Assembly (NCBI RefSeq): GCF_056746865.1
Contig: NZ_CM163382.1
Direction: 5' to 3' (one strand)
DNA length: 64,000 nucleotides
Shown here in pieces: positions 38,827 through 52,134 of this stretch. The notes beneath the pieces were generated by a model. It had not been told where the DNA came from. It saw only the letters and a list, made by a program, of their open reading frames with translations, and did no database searches. How positions within the stretch are numbered: the first letter of the stretch is position 1; every line of letters starts with the position of its first letter. The position numbers and the translations under genes are program-made.

Positions 38827-39954
38827 TTAACCCGCTAAATGCTCGCGCTTCAGATACTCTTCGCTTTGCATCTCTTGCAGACGTGACAGGCAACGCTGGA
38901 ACTCAAATTTCAGCCGCTCGCCCTGATAAATGTCATATAGCGGCACTTCTGCACTCACCACTAATTTGACATGGCGCTCGTAAAACTCATCCACCAGCGC
39001 AATAAAGCGCCGCGCTTCGCTCTCCATCAACCGCGTCATAACTGGCACATCAAACAACATGACCGTGTGAAAGAGGCGTGAGAGCGCAATATAGTCATGC
39101 TGACTGCGGGCGTCGACGCACAGCGTAGTAAAAGAGACCGCCAGCGTCTGGTTCTCGACGCCCATTGTCGCCAATGGCCGATGGTTGATTTCTAACGTCG
39201 GTGAATTTTCTCGTTTCGCCCCCGCCAGCGCCAACCATAGTTTATCCATTTGCGCCCGGGTTTCATCGTTGAGGGGCGAAAGCCACAGATGCGCCTGAGT
39301 GAGTGTACGCAGTCGATAATCAACACCAGCGTCCACGTTCATTACATCACAATGCTGTTTAATGGCATCGATTGCAGGCAAAAAACGCGCACGTTGTAGG
39401 CCATTTCGATAAAGTTCGTCCGGCGGAATATTTGACGTCGCTACCAGGGTAATACCGCGGGCGAACAGGGCTTTCATCAGACCGCCAAGTAGCATGGCAT
39501 CGGTAATATCAGAAACAAAAAATTCGTCAAAACAGAGCACGTCAGTTTCTGCTTTAAAGCGATCGGCAATAATTTCCAGCGGATCGCTTTGGCCTTGTAA
39601 TTCGGTCAGCTCTTCGTGCACCCGCAGCATAAAACGGTGAAAGTGCAGACGCTGTTTCCGCTCTCCCGGCAGGCTTTGATAGAAAAGGTCCATCAGCCAG
39701 GTTTTCCCGCGTCCTACACCGCCCCACATATATAAGCCACGCACTGGCGTATGCTTTGTGTCTTCGCGTTTACCCCACAGCTTACCGACCCGCGCCATTA
39801 GCCCACTCGTCCTGGGGGCTGGAGGCGTGCTATTGATGAGTTCCTGATAAATAATTTCCAGGCGGCTGACGGCCTCTTTTTGAACGTCGTCGGGTTGATG
39901 GCTGCCTTCATTGAGCGCCTTCAGGTATTGCGATGTTGGGGTAACGCTTTGCAT
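38827..39954 (-). CDS. zapE: AFG1-like ATPase ZapE
   Basis: 375-aa ORF with Walker A GGVGRGKT. Confidence 0.9.
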   Translation of the reverse strand: MQSVTPTSQYLKALNEGSHQPDDVQKEAVSRLEIIYQELINSTPPAPRTSGLMARVGKLWGKREDTKHTPVRGLYMWGGVGRGKTWLMDLFYQSLPGERKQRLHFHRFMLRVHEELTELQGQSDPLEIIADRFKAETDVLCFDEFFVSDITDAMLLGGLMKALFARGITLVATSNIPPDELYRNGLQRARFLPAIDAIKQHCDVMNVDAGVDYRLRTLTQAHLWLSPLNDETRAQMDKLWLALAGAKRENSPTLEINHRPLATMGVENQTLAVSFTTLCVDARSQHDYIALSRLFHTVMLFDVPVMTRLMESEARRFIALVDEFYERHVKLVVSAEVPLYDIYQGERLKFEFQRCLSRLQEMQSEEYLKREHLAG

Positions 39955-40147
39955 GATCTTATTGTTATTCCTTGAATAATCGGTGCGCCGTTGTTCACGG
40001 TTGACGAAAAAAAGGCCGTTCTACACTACGCGATATGCAGTCGGGATTCCACTTCTGTGGAATTAACGGTTATAGTGGCATAATCAGCCGCAGGCATGGA
40101 GCCTGAAGCCAACACCCTACGGAAACAAAAGACAACGGGAGATGTTC

Positions 40148-40546
40148 ATGACCTGGGAATATGCGCTAATTGGGTTAGTCGTCGGCATCATTATTGGTGC
40201 TGTGGCCATGCGTTTTGGTAATCGTAAACTACGCCAGCAACAGGCGTTGCAGTACGAACTGGAAAAGAATAAAGCTGAACTGGACGAGTATCGCGAAGAG
40301 CTGGTTAGCCACTTTGCCCGCAGCGCGGAATTACTGGATACCATGGCGCACGACTATCGCCAGCTGTATCAGCACATGGCGAAAAGCTCCAGCAGCCTGC
40401 TGCCGGAACTGTCTGCTGAAGCAAACCCGTTCCGTAATCGTCTGGCAGAGTCTGAAGCCAGCAACGATCAGGCACCGGTGCAGATGCCTCGCGACTATTC
40501 TGAAGGCGCGTCCGGCCTGCTGCGTACTGGCGCGAAGCGCGACTAA
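40148..40546 (+). CDS. zapG: inner-membrane protein YhcB (ZapG)
   Basis: Start at second Met MTWEYALIGLVVGIIIGAVAMRF (132 aa); single N-terminal TM helix. Confidence 0.85.
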   Translation: MTWEYALIGLVVGIIIGAVAMRFGNRKLRQQQALQYELEKNKAELDEYREELVSHFARSAELLDTMAHDYRQLYQHMAKSSSSLLPELSAEANPFRNRLAESEASNDQAPVQMPRDYSEGASGLLRTGAKRD

Positions 40547-40556
40547 TTTATTTTTC

Positions 40557-40575
40557 GGGCGCAGCCATTGCGCCC
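40557..40575 (+). terminator. putative terminator hairpin after zapG
   Basis: GGGCGCAGCCATTGCGCCC followed by a pyrimidine-rich tract. Confidence 0.35.
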
Positions 40576-40699
40576 TCCTCTTCTCTCCCTCCCCGACTAT
40601 CATTTAATCTGGTGTCTCATTGTTAGCCGTCTGAAAATTCAATAACATCAAACTGTTTTGAATCTCTTTTCTTATCATTCAGGTACGAGAGCAGGAATA

Positions 40700-42067
40700 A
40701 TGAAAAAACAAACCCAGCTGTTGAGTGCATTAGCGTTAAGTGTCGGGTTAACTCTCTCGGCGTCATTTCAGGCCGTTGCGTCGATTCCAGGCCAGGTTGC
40801 CGATCAGGCCCCCCTCCCCAGTCTGGCCCCAATGCTGGAAAAAGTGCTTCCGGCAGTGGTGAGCGTACGGGTGGAAGGAACGGCCAGTCAGGGACAGAAA
40901 ATCCCGGAAGAATTCAAAAAGTTTTTTGGTGATGATTTACCGGATCAACCTGCACAACCCTTCGAAGGTTTAGGCTCCGGTGTCATCATCAACGCCAGTA
41001 AAGGCTATGTGCTGACCAACAACCATGTGATTAATCAGGCACAGAAAATCAGTATTCAGCTCAATGATGGGCGCGAGTTTGATGCAAAACTGATTGGTAG
41101 CGATGACCAGAGCGATATCGCCCTGTTGCAAATTCAAAACCCGAGCAAATTAACGCAAATCGCTATTGCCGACTCCGATAAATTGCGCGTCGGTGATTTT
41201 GCCGTGGCGGTCGGTAACCCATTTGGCCTTGGGCAAACCGCCACCTCTGGCATTGTGTCAGCATTAGGCCGCAGTGGGTTGAATCTTGAAGGTCTGGAAA
41301 ACTTTATCCAGACAGATGCTTCCATTAACCGCGGTAACTCCGGCGGTGCACTGTTAAATCTTAACGGTGAGTTAATTGGCATCAACACGGCAATCCTTGC
41401 GCCTGGTGGCGGGAGCGTCGGGATTGGATTTGCCATCCCCAGTAATATGGCGCGAACACTGGCGCAGCAGCTTATCGACTTTGGTGAAATCAAACGCGGT
41501 CTGTTAGGCATCAAAGGCACAGAGATGAGTGCCGATATCGCCAAAGCCTTCAACCTTGACGTGCAGCGTGGCGCGTTTGTCAGCGAAGTGTTGCCAGGTT
41601 CTGGCTCGGCAAAAGCGGGCGTCAAAGCGGGCGATATTATTACCAGCCTCAACGGCAAACCGCTGAATAGCTTTGCTGAGTTGCGCTCTCGTATCGCAAC
41701 CACCGAGCCGGGCACGAAAGTGAAGCTTGGCCTGCTGCGTAACGGCAAACCACTGGAAGTAGAAGTGACGCTCGATACCAGCACCTCTTCGTCGGCCAGC
41801 GCTGAAATGATCACGCCAGCGCTTGAAGGTGCAACGTTGAGCGATGGTCAGCTAAAAGATGGCGGCAAAGGTATTAAGATCGATGAGGTTGTCAAAGGAA
41901 GCCCAGCTGCTCAGGCTGGCTTGCAAAAAGACGATGTGATCATTGGCGTCAACCGCGATCGGGTGAACTCGATTGCTGAAATGCGTAAAGTGCTGGCGGC
42001 AAAACCGGCCATTATCGCCCTGCAAATTGTACGCGGCAATGAAAGCATCTATCTGCTGATGCGTTAA
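40700..42067 (+). CDS. degQ: periplasmic serine endoprotease DegQ (HtrA family, two PDZ domains)
   Basis: Start at internal Met MKKQTQLLSALALSVGLTLSASFQAVA (455 aa); trypsin-like domain GNSGGAL. Confidence 0.9.
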   Translation: MKKQTQLLSALALSVGLTLSASFQAVASIPGQVADQAPLPSLAPMLEKVLPAVVSVRVEGTASQGQKIPEEFKKFFGDDLPDQPAQPFEGLGSGVIINASKGYVLTNNHVINQAQKISIQLNDGREFDAKLIGSDDQSDIALLQIQNPSKLTQIAIADSDKLRVGDFAVAVGNPFGLGQTATSGIVSALGRSGLNLEGLENFIQTDASINRGNSGGALLNLNGELIGINTAILAPGGGSVGIGFAIPSNMARTLAQQLIDFGEIKRGLLGIKGTEMSADIAKAFNLDVQRGAFVSEVLPGSGSAKAGVKAGDIITSLNGKPLNSFAELRSRIATTEPGTKVKLGLLRNGKPLEVEVTLDTSTSSSASAEMITPALEGATLSDGQLKDGGKGIKIDEVVKGSPAAQAGLQKDDVIIGVNRDRVNSIAEMRKVLAAKPAIIALQIVRGNESIYLLMR

Positions 42068-42156
42068 TGTCGTAAACCGGGCATCAGGCTGACGTGTGAT
42101 GTCCGGTTAACTCGTGGTATGCTGCTGCCGTTCCCTTTTTTAATGACGCCTCCATC

Positions 42157-43224
42157 ATGTTTGTGAAGCTCTTACGTTCCGTTGCGATTGGATTAATTGT
42201 CGGCGCTATTCTGCTGGTTGCCATGCCTTCGCTGCGCAGCCTTAACCCGCTTTCCACTCCGCAATTTGACAGTACCGATGAGACGCCTGCCAGCTATAAT
42301 CTGGCGGTTCGCCGCGCCGCGCCAGCGGTGGTTAACGTTTACAACCGAGGTTTGAACACCAACTCTCACAACCAGCTTGAGATCCGCACCCTGGGATCCG
42401 GTGTAATCATGGATCAACGCGGTTATATCATCACCAATAAACACGTCATCAACGACGCCGATCAGATCATCGTCGCCTTACAGGATGGACGTGTATTTGA
42501 AGCATTGCTGGTGGGATCTGACTCTCTAACCGATCTGGCGGTACTTAAAATTAATGCCACTGGCGGTTTACCTACTATTCCAATCAATGCACGTCGCGTA
42601 CCGCACATTGGCGACGTGGTACTGGCGATCGGTAACCCGTACAACCTCGGGCAGACCATTACCCAGGGGATTATTAGTGCCACGGGTCGAATTGGTCTGA
42701 ACCCAACCGGGCGGCAAAACTTCCTGCAAACTGATGCTTCCATTAACCACGGTAACTCTGGCGGCGCGCTGGTGAACTCGCTGGGCGAACTGATGGGCAT
42801 TAACACGCTGTCGTTTGATAAGAGTAACGATGGCGAAACGCCGGAAGGTATCGGCTTTGCGATTCCTTTCCAGTTAGCAACCAAAATTATGGATAAACTG
42901 ATCCGCGATGGTCGCGTGATCCGCGGCTACATTGGTATCGGCGGACGTGAGATCGCACCACTGCACGCGCAGGGCGGTGGTATAGATCAACTGCAAGGGA
43001 TCGTGGTTAATGAAGTGTCACCTGACGGCCCGGCGGCGAATGCGGGTATTCAGGTCAATGATTTGATTATTTCGGTGGATAACAAACCGGCCATCTCTGC
43101 TCTGGAGACGATGGATCAGGTGGCGGAAATTCGCCCTGGTTCGGTGATCCCGGTTGTCGTGATGCGTGATGATAAGCAGTTAACGCTGCAGGTCACCATT
43201 CAGGAATATCCGGCAACCAATTAA
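42157..43224 (+). CDS. degS: sigma-E pathway site-1 protease DegS
   Basis: 355-aa ORF; N-terminal TM anchor, GNSGGAL catalytic motif, single PDZ. Confidence 0.9.
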   Translation: MFVKLLRSVAIGLIVGAILLVAMPSLRSLNPLSTPQFDSTDETPASYNLAVRRAAPAVVNVYNRGLNTNSHNQLEIRTLGSGVIMDQRGYIITNKHVINDADQIIVALQDGRVFEALLVGSDSLTDLAVLKINATGGLPTIPINARRVPHIGDVVLAIGNPYNLGQTITQGIISATGRIGLNPTGRQNFLQTDASINHGNSGGALVNSLGELMGINTLSFDKSNDGETPEGIGFAIPFQLATKIMDKLIRDGRVIRGYIGIGGREIAPLHAQGGGIDQLQGIVVNEVSPDGPAANAGIQVNDLIISVDNKPAISALETMDQVAEIRPGSVIPVVVMRDDKQLTLQVTIQEYPATN

Positions 43225-43240
43225 GTCGTGCGCTCAAAAC

Positions 43241-43270
43241 AAAAAACCGGAGTCTGCGCTCCGGTTTTTT
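43241..43270. terminator. bidirectional intrinsic terminator between degS (+) and mdh (-)
   Basis: AAAAAACCGGAGTCTGCGCTCCGGTTTTTT. Confidence 0.8.
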
Positions 43271-43286
43271 ATTATCCGCTAATCAA

Positions 43287-44300
<1,014 letters not shown>

Positions 44301-44598
44301 TTACAATGACCACATCTCAAGAATGTGTAGTCACGCAAGTTTAGCGTTTATGCATTTAATTGCCGTAATCAGGAACCTAACTTACGTAATTAACAGTCGC
44401 TTATGCATTAGCGCAACATTCCAACAGGTGGTGACAATATACCCTACCGTTCAGCCAAAACAACATCAATTTGATAACAATTAATTTACTTTTAAGCAGA
44501 ATTTGCATGCCGTGACGCAGGCATGTTTCTCAATAACGAAATTTGATAAAATCCCGCTCTTTCATAACATTATTTCAGCCTTCTTCAGGGCTGACTGT

Positions 44599-44636
44599 TT
44601 GCATAAAAATTCATCTGTATGCACAATAATGTTGTA
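44599..44636 (+). promoter_or_regulatory. tandem ARG boxes (ArgR autoregulatory operator) in the argR promoter
   Basis: TTTGCATAAAAATTCATCTGTATGCACAATAATGTTGT: two 18-bp TnTGnAT…ATnCAnT-like palindromes immediately upstream of argR. Confidence 0.6.
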
Positions 44637-44656
44637 TCAACCACCATATCGGGTGA

Positions 44657-45130
<474 letters not shown>

Positions 45131-45494
45131 TCTCTGCCCCGTCGCTTCTGGCGGCGGGGAAAATGTTGCTTATCCCTCTCAACCCCCTGCTTTCCTCTGC
45201 GATTAATTTAACGAATAGTGCGTTTTACTGCGACATGTCATTCACACAATGAATACATACGGTAAAAAAAGCACATTATGCAAAATTCATTATCTAATTG
45301 AAAACAATAGAATTAATAATAAATAACCGTGTTTTTAATTCTTTTTTGTTATTAAAACTCACATTTTTAACACTTAGTATCAACTGAAACAGTTAGCGTG
45401 GTATTAATTAGTTCAATAATTAGTGTATACTTGATTTTGTGATATGGGTCACGAAACAAAGGCCCAGCTAAAAGATTATGTCGAGGTAAAAATC

Positions 45495-45758
45495 ATGAAA
45501 ATCAAAACCACTGTTGCTGCATTAAGCGTACTTTCTGTTCTATCTTTCGGTGCATTCGCTGCCGACTCCATTGATGCTGCACAAGCACAAAATCGTGAAG
45601 CAATCGGGACCGTATCCGTAAGTGGTGTGGCGTCTTCGCCAATGGATATGCGTGAAATGCTGAACAAAAAAGCAGAAGAGAAAGGCGCAACGGCCTACCA
45701 GATTACGGAAGCTCGTAGCGGTGACACCTGGCACGCTACGGCTGAACTGTACAAATAA
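45495..45758 (+). CDS. yhcN: YdgH/BhsA/McbA-family small periplasmic stress protein
   Basis: Start at internal Met MKIKTTVAALSVLSVLSFGAFA (87 aa, signal peptide). Confidence 0.85.
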   Translation: MKIKTTVAALSVLSVLSFGAFAADSIDAAQAQNREAIGTVSVSGVASSPMDMREMLNKKAEEKGATAYQITEARSGDTWHATAELYK

Positions 45759-45785
45759 ACCCTCATCGTCTTGTCCGACGATATT

Positions 45786-45810
45786 GCCCCCGGTTCGGGG
45801 GCTTTTTTTT
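45786..45810 (+). terminator. intrinsic terminator of yhcN
   Basis: GCCCCCGGTTCGGGGGCTTTTTTTT. Confidence 0.85.
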
Positions 45811-45813
45811 GCG

Positions 45814-46086
45814 CTAATGACGAACATTAAAACGCAAATGCCCTTCCAACTCTTCCTCTGCCTCATCAAACAGCAATATTAACGCGCCAAAACGGCGACG
45901 CGTTTTCTCTCCCAGATGAACAAATTCAATCTCAAGTGGTAGCGGCAGGACATCGTTCATTAACACATCCCATAATGAGTCGAGATCGCGTACCTTATCT
46001 TTCGCCAGACCAAAGGCTTGGCTGAAGTCGCGATAAAAATCCTCCTGACTCTCAATCTCATCAAAATCAAAGGTATAAATATTCAT
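45814..46086 (-). CDS. yhcO: barstar-like small protein YhcO
   Basis: 90-aa [30 protein letters not shown]…. Confidence 0.8.
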   Translation of the reverse strand: MNIYTFDFDEIESQEDFYRDFSQAFGLAKDKVRDLDSLWDVLMNDVLPLPLEIEFVHLGEKTRRRFGALILLFDEAEEELEGHLRFNVRH

Positions 46087-46144
46087 CTGTTGCCACCGTC
46101 ACGTTTCGCGGCGAGTTCTGCCGTTCATCGCTAAGTATAGCCAT

Positions 46145-46174
46145 GAAAAAACCGACGCTTTTGGCGTCGGTTTT
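46145..46174 (-). terminator. intrinsic terminator downstream of aaeB (aaeXAB operon)
   Basis: Minus strand CCGACGCCAAAAGCGTCGG followed by TTTTT. Confidence 0.75.
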
Positions 46175-46177
46175 GAC

Positions 46178-48145
46178 TTAACTATCGGTCAACGCATGTT
46201 GATACTTATGGAGCATCCCCGCCAGCCGATGAACCGGTTCCGTCACCTGTGGTGGCGCTTGCCAGATGCGTAGCTTTTCCTGGTAGATTTCAAGTTCTTC
46301 CAGCAACTGGCCAAAGTACCGACGACGTTTATCATCGCTACGGGCAGATATCACATGGTCTGCTGTGCGGCGCATTTGTCGGTGAAACGCCGATAAATCC
46401 TCGTTAACCGGGATCGGCGCATCACGCAGGCGCTGGTGCGCGATAATCATCGTCAGCGCCAGGCGAAATTTCGGCAAATCCCCTGGGAACTTATTCATCA
46501 GCAAAAACAGCTGCTGATAAAGTGCCGGGAGGTGGTTCTCTTTACGACGTGCCACATTGGTAGTCATCGCGGAAACAGCAGCAGAAACAAACTGATTAAG
46601 CAGTACACGTCCAGTCCTGTCGCGCGATTTATCCCGCACCAGCAAAATAACGGTGAACGCGAGCACACAGCCGACGATTTGCCCTAATGCGCTGTCGAGA
46701 AACTGACTGAAATGGAAAGTCATCGGATTATCCAGCACGATAATATTTATGGTGCTGGCCAGCGCCCCCATCGAGCCCAGTCGCCGTTTCTGTACTTCTA
46801 TACCGAGGAAAAATCCCAGCACTGCCAGGCTAATACACAGCAATAACATGCTTTGTTGGGTATTAGGGATAATCACCAAAAAGTAGAGCAGCCCTAACGG
46901 CAGCGCCGCCAGCGTCCCATAGATAAAGTCGATCGCCACCATGCGTGGATTCGGCAAACGCATTGCCAGTGACGTCACTACCGCAATCATCACCATTGCA
47001 CCACTGCCTGAAGTCCAGCCCGTCCACAGCCAGAAAAGCGTCCCCAGAATGCAGGAAAGTGTGGTTCGCCAGAAGTTAACCATCGCATGATGACGTTCGG
47101 CTGACTCTACTTTGACTTCCGGTTCGCCTTGCAGGATCTCTTCTTCGGTGGCGTTGATTTTTGTGTTACTGATAACGCCGCGCTTGAGAAGCTGATAACG
47201 CGTTGCCGCCGCGACCCAGCTATAAATGGTGACAGGCGTTTCCCGTTCCCCGGTCCAGGCGATAACTCTCCGTAGGCGTTTGAGCTGCTTGTGGACGTCC
47301 TGCGCGGTTTCTACCGGCGTGTCAAAAAATTCGCGGAAAGTATCAGTGATCAATTCCGGGCGCGTATTCTGAATAAGATAAGTTTCGCAGGATTGGGTAA
47401 TCAGCGTCAGCGATAGCGTATTGATTGCTTTTAAACGTCGATTGGCCCGCGCCCAGCGGGAAGATTCCATATTCAGGTTGCTGCGCATACCTTGTAACGC
47501 CGTGGTGCGTCGCACCAGATCGCCCCAGGCTTTATCGACAACTTCACCATCGCCATGCTTGATACAGAGTTGCATTAATTGATATTGCGCGACCAGCAAA
47601 CTTTCCAGCTCTCGATCCACTTCTTGTTTGATCGATCGCGGAGAAAAGAGCAAATCCGCCATAATTGCACACACAATACCGATAACGATCTCGCTACAAC
47701 GTTCGACGGCAAACTGCGGCGTAAGCAATGGTTCCGGCTGAATGGTGATCACAATGATCAGCGCGGTATAACCGGCCAGCCCCCACGCATACGAGTTTTC
47801 TATTCGTACCAGCGAGGATATCCAGGTACAAAAACCGGCCCAGATACAGCACACCAGAATCATCAATAATGGTGCGCGGATCATCGCAATGATGATCACC
47901 AGTCCGGCAATACAGCCAATAAATGTGCCGATGATGCGCAAAAAGCCACGATAGCGAATAGCGCCAGAATACGGTTCACCTCCCGCAGCAAAGGCCGGAC
48001 CGGCGGCAACAATCGCCGCTGTCAGTACTGCCCAGCGTGGCGTTTCCAGCTGGAAGTGAAAGCCAACAAACAGCGCCAGTACAATGGCGGTCGCCAGTTT
48101 TACCGCAAAGCGAATATGTTGGTTAGCAATGGAGAAAATACCCAT
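46178..48145 (-). CDS. aaeB: p-hydroxybenzoic acid efflux pump subunit AaeB
   Basis: 655-aa polytopic membrane ORF. Confidence 0.9.
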
Positions 48146-48150
48146 CGTGA

Positions 48151-49083
48151 TTAACCAAACTCACGCAGGCGATGGGCCATTTTACGGAAGAACGAATCCT
48201 GGCTTTCGTCGCGATCTTGTTTGCCAGTGACCACCACTGTAGCAGTGGTGCCCGCAGGCCAGATGTTCTCTTGCTGGTTGTCGAGACGAATACGAACCGG
48301 AACACGTTGCGCCAAACGCACCCATTCAAGGTTAGAGTCGATGGTCGCCATCCCTTTGTCGTCACTCGTGCTGCTGGCGTTGGTGACCCCAGCGGCAACA
48401 CTATCAACAGTCCCTTTCAGCACTTTGTTACTGCCAAGCGGCGTGATCTCTGCACGATACCCAGGGCGCACCCCTTCCAGCTTAGTTTCTTCCATATAGG
48501 CCAGTACATAGAAGGAGTTCTGTTTCACCAGCGCAACCGCCGTTGATCCACGGGTAATAAACTCACCGGTATAGACGTTGAGGTTGGTCACCCAGCCATC
48601 TGCTGGCGCGCGGATCACCGTGCGTTCAAGATCCAGTTTTGCCAGATCGCGGGTCGCCTGCGCTTTCGCTAACTGATGCAGAACCGTTTGTAGTACGTTG
48701 TTGGCCTGATCGATCTCTTCGCGAGACATCGCCTGCACACCGAGACGGTTACGACGTCCGGCCTCCTGGCGTTTCTCCTGTGCCAGTACCTGATAATAAG
48801 CAACATCGGCTTGCGCTTCCTCAAGCGCCTTTTGATAGCGCGGCTGGTCGATGGTGAACAGTACCTGTCCTTTTTTCACCAGCTGGTTATCATGAACATT
48901 CACCTGGGTGATAAGTCCAGAAACGTCCGGCGCGATCGCAACGACGTCAGCGCTAAAGCGCGCGTCACGCGTCCACGGGGATTCGGTGTAATAGACCCAG
49001 GCATTAAAAATTGCGATGAAGGCCAGAATGACTAATACGACCGTGATGGCCGTACGGGAGAATTTTCTTATTAGTGTTTTCAC
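48151..49083 (-). CDS. aaeA: p-hydroxybenzoic acid efflux membrane-fusion subunit AaeA
   Basis: 310-aa ORF with N-terminal TM and HlyD-like coiled-coil/barrel. Confidence 0.9.
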
Positions 49084-49090
49084 TTCAACC

Positions 49091-49294
49091 TCAAACGAAC
49101 AGTCGCGATATCAAATAAAACAAGCAGCAATAGAGCGCGGTGTTGAACAACGCCGGATGCCAGACAAAGTCGTAGATACCTGTTGGCACAAGTACCCGGC
49201 GCACCAGCCAGAAAATCGCCAGTGATAAAAGCAATTCAAAAAATATCGGTGGGAAGGACAGCCCAAACACCACGATAACGGGAAACAGACTCAT
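49091..49294 (-). CDS. aaeX: small membrane protein AaeX
   Basis: Start at internal Met [31 protein letters not shown]… (67 aa). Confidence 0.8.
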
Positions 49295-49476
49295 GTTGAC
49301 CTTGGTTGTATAGAGAGAGCAGGCGTTATTATTTTCAGCATCTGTCGCCGCAGAGAAGGGCATGGAAAGCCGGGCGAGAGCAACATTGCTGTAGATTGAT
49401 ATTTAATATATTAGCGTAACTGTTATGCTGTTATCTATATTATGTGATCTAAATCACTTTTAAGTCAGAGTGAATA

Positions 49477-50406
49477 ATGGAACGACTAAAACGCATGTCG
49501 GTGTTTGCCAAAGTAGTTGAATTTGGCTCTTTTACCGCCGCCGCCAGACAGCTACAGATGAGCGTTTCGTCCATCAGTCAGACGGTGTCAAAACTGGAAG
49601 ATGAGTTGCAGGTAAAGCTGTTAAACCGTAGCACACGCAGCATTGGCCTGACCGAAGCCGGCAGAATTTACTACCAGGGCTGCCGTCGGATGCTCCATGA
49701 AGTGCAGGATGTTCATGAGCAACTGTATGCCTTCAATAACACCCCCATCGGGACGCTGCGCATTGGCTGTTCTTCAACTATGGCACAAAATGTTCTCGCC
49801 GGGCTGACAGCAAAAATGCTGAAAGAATACCCAGGTTTGAGCGTCAATCTGGTTACCGGAATTCCTGCCCCCGACCTGATTGCCGACGGTCTGGATGTGG
49901 TGATCCGCGTCGGCGCGTTGCAGGATTCCAGCCTGTTTTCCCGCCGTCTGGGCGCGATGCCAATGGTGGTGTGCGCCGCGAAAAGCTATCTCACACAATA
50001 CGGCATACCGGAAAAACCCGCCGATTTAAGTAGTCATTCATGGCTTGAATACAGCGTGCGACCCGACAATGAATTTGAACTGATCGCACCGGAAGGGATC
50101 TCGACTCGCCTGATCCCGCAAGGGAGATTTGTGACTAATGATCCGATGACGCTGGTGCGCTGGCTGACTGCAGGCGCTGGGATCGCCTATGTGCCGCTGA
50201 TGTGGGTGATCAACGAGATCAATCGCGGGGAGCTGGAGATCCTGCTGCCACGTTACCAGTCAGATCCACGCCCGGTTTATGCGTTATATACCGAAAAAGA
50301 TAAGCTGCCGCTGAAGGTACAAGTCGTGATCAACTCGCTAACGGATTATTTTGTTGAGGTCGGTAAATTGTTTCAGGAGATGCACGGGCGCGGGAAAGAG
50401 AAGTAA
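49477..50406 (+). CDS. aaeR: LysR-type regulator of aaeXAB
   Basis: 309-aa ORF with N-terminal LysR HTH, divergent from aaeX. Confidence 0.9.
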   Translation: MERLKRMSVFAKVVEFGSFTAAARQLQMSVSSISQTVSKLEDELQVKLLNRSTRSIGLTEAGRIYYQGCRRMLHEVQDVHEQLYAFNNTPIGTLRIGCSSTMAQNVLAGLTAKMLKEYPGLSVNLVTGIPAPDLIADGLDVVIRVGALQDSSLFSRRLGAMPMVVCAAKSYLTQYGIPEKPADLSSHSWLEYSVRPDNEFELIAPEGISTRLIPQGRFVTNDPMTLVRWLTAGAGIAYVPLMWVINEINRGELEILLPRYQSDPRPVYALYTEKDKLPLKVQVVINSLTDYFVEVGKLFQEMHGRGKEK

Positions 50407-50449
50407 TTAATATTATACTGTTACGTTGTACAAACCTGTGCCAACGGGT

Positions 50450-50481
50450 TCCCCTCACCCTAATCCCAGAGGGGCGAGGGG
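50450..50481. repeat. GC-rich intergenic palindromic element (CCCCTCACCC…GGGGCGAGGGGA type)
   Basis: TCCCCTCACCCTAATCCCAGAGGGGCGAGGGGA; a related copy lies at 31824-31854. Confidence 0.4.
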
Positions 50482-50533
50482 ACCGTTCGTGCACGTAAAA
50501 GGATTAATTATCCTTCTGAAAATACTGAAATTA

Positions 50534-51994
<1,461 letters not shown>

Positions 51995-52026
51995 TTAGTT
52001 ACTGCAGTAGAGGATTTTTTACGGCT

Positions 52027-52060
52027 GCCGGATGCGGCGTGAACGCCCTATCCGGCCTAC
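52027..52060. repeat. REP (repetitive extragenic palindromic) element between tldD and yhdP
   Basis: GCCGGATGCGGCGTGAACGCCCTATCCGGCCTAC matches the canonical E. coli REP consensus. Confidence 0.75.
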
Positions 52061-52134
52061 GGTTATGTTCCGGCTCGTTGGCCTTTGGCAACGATTATCA
52101 TATGAGATTGGGGCAATTACGCGCCCTCGTCAAA

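Noticed and set aside
41134-41814. 226-aa minus-strand ORF inside degQ
   Set aside because: Antisense to degQ; no supporting signals.
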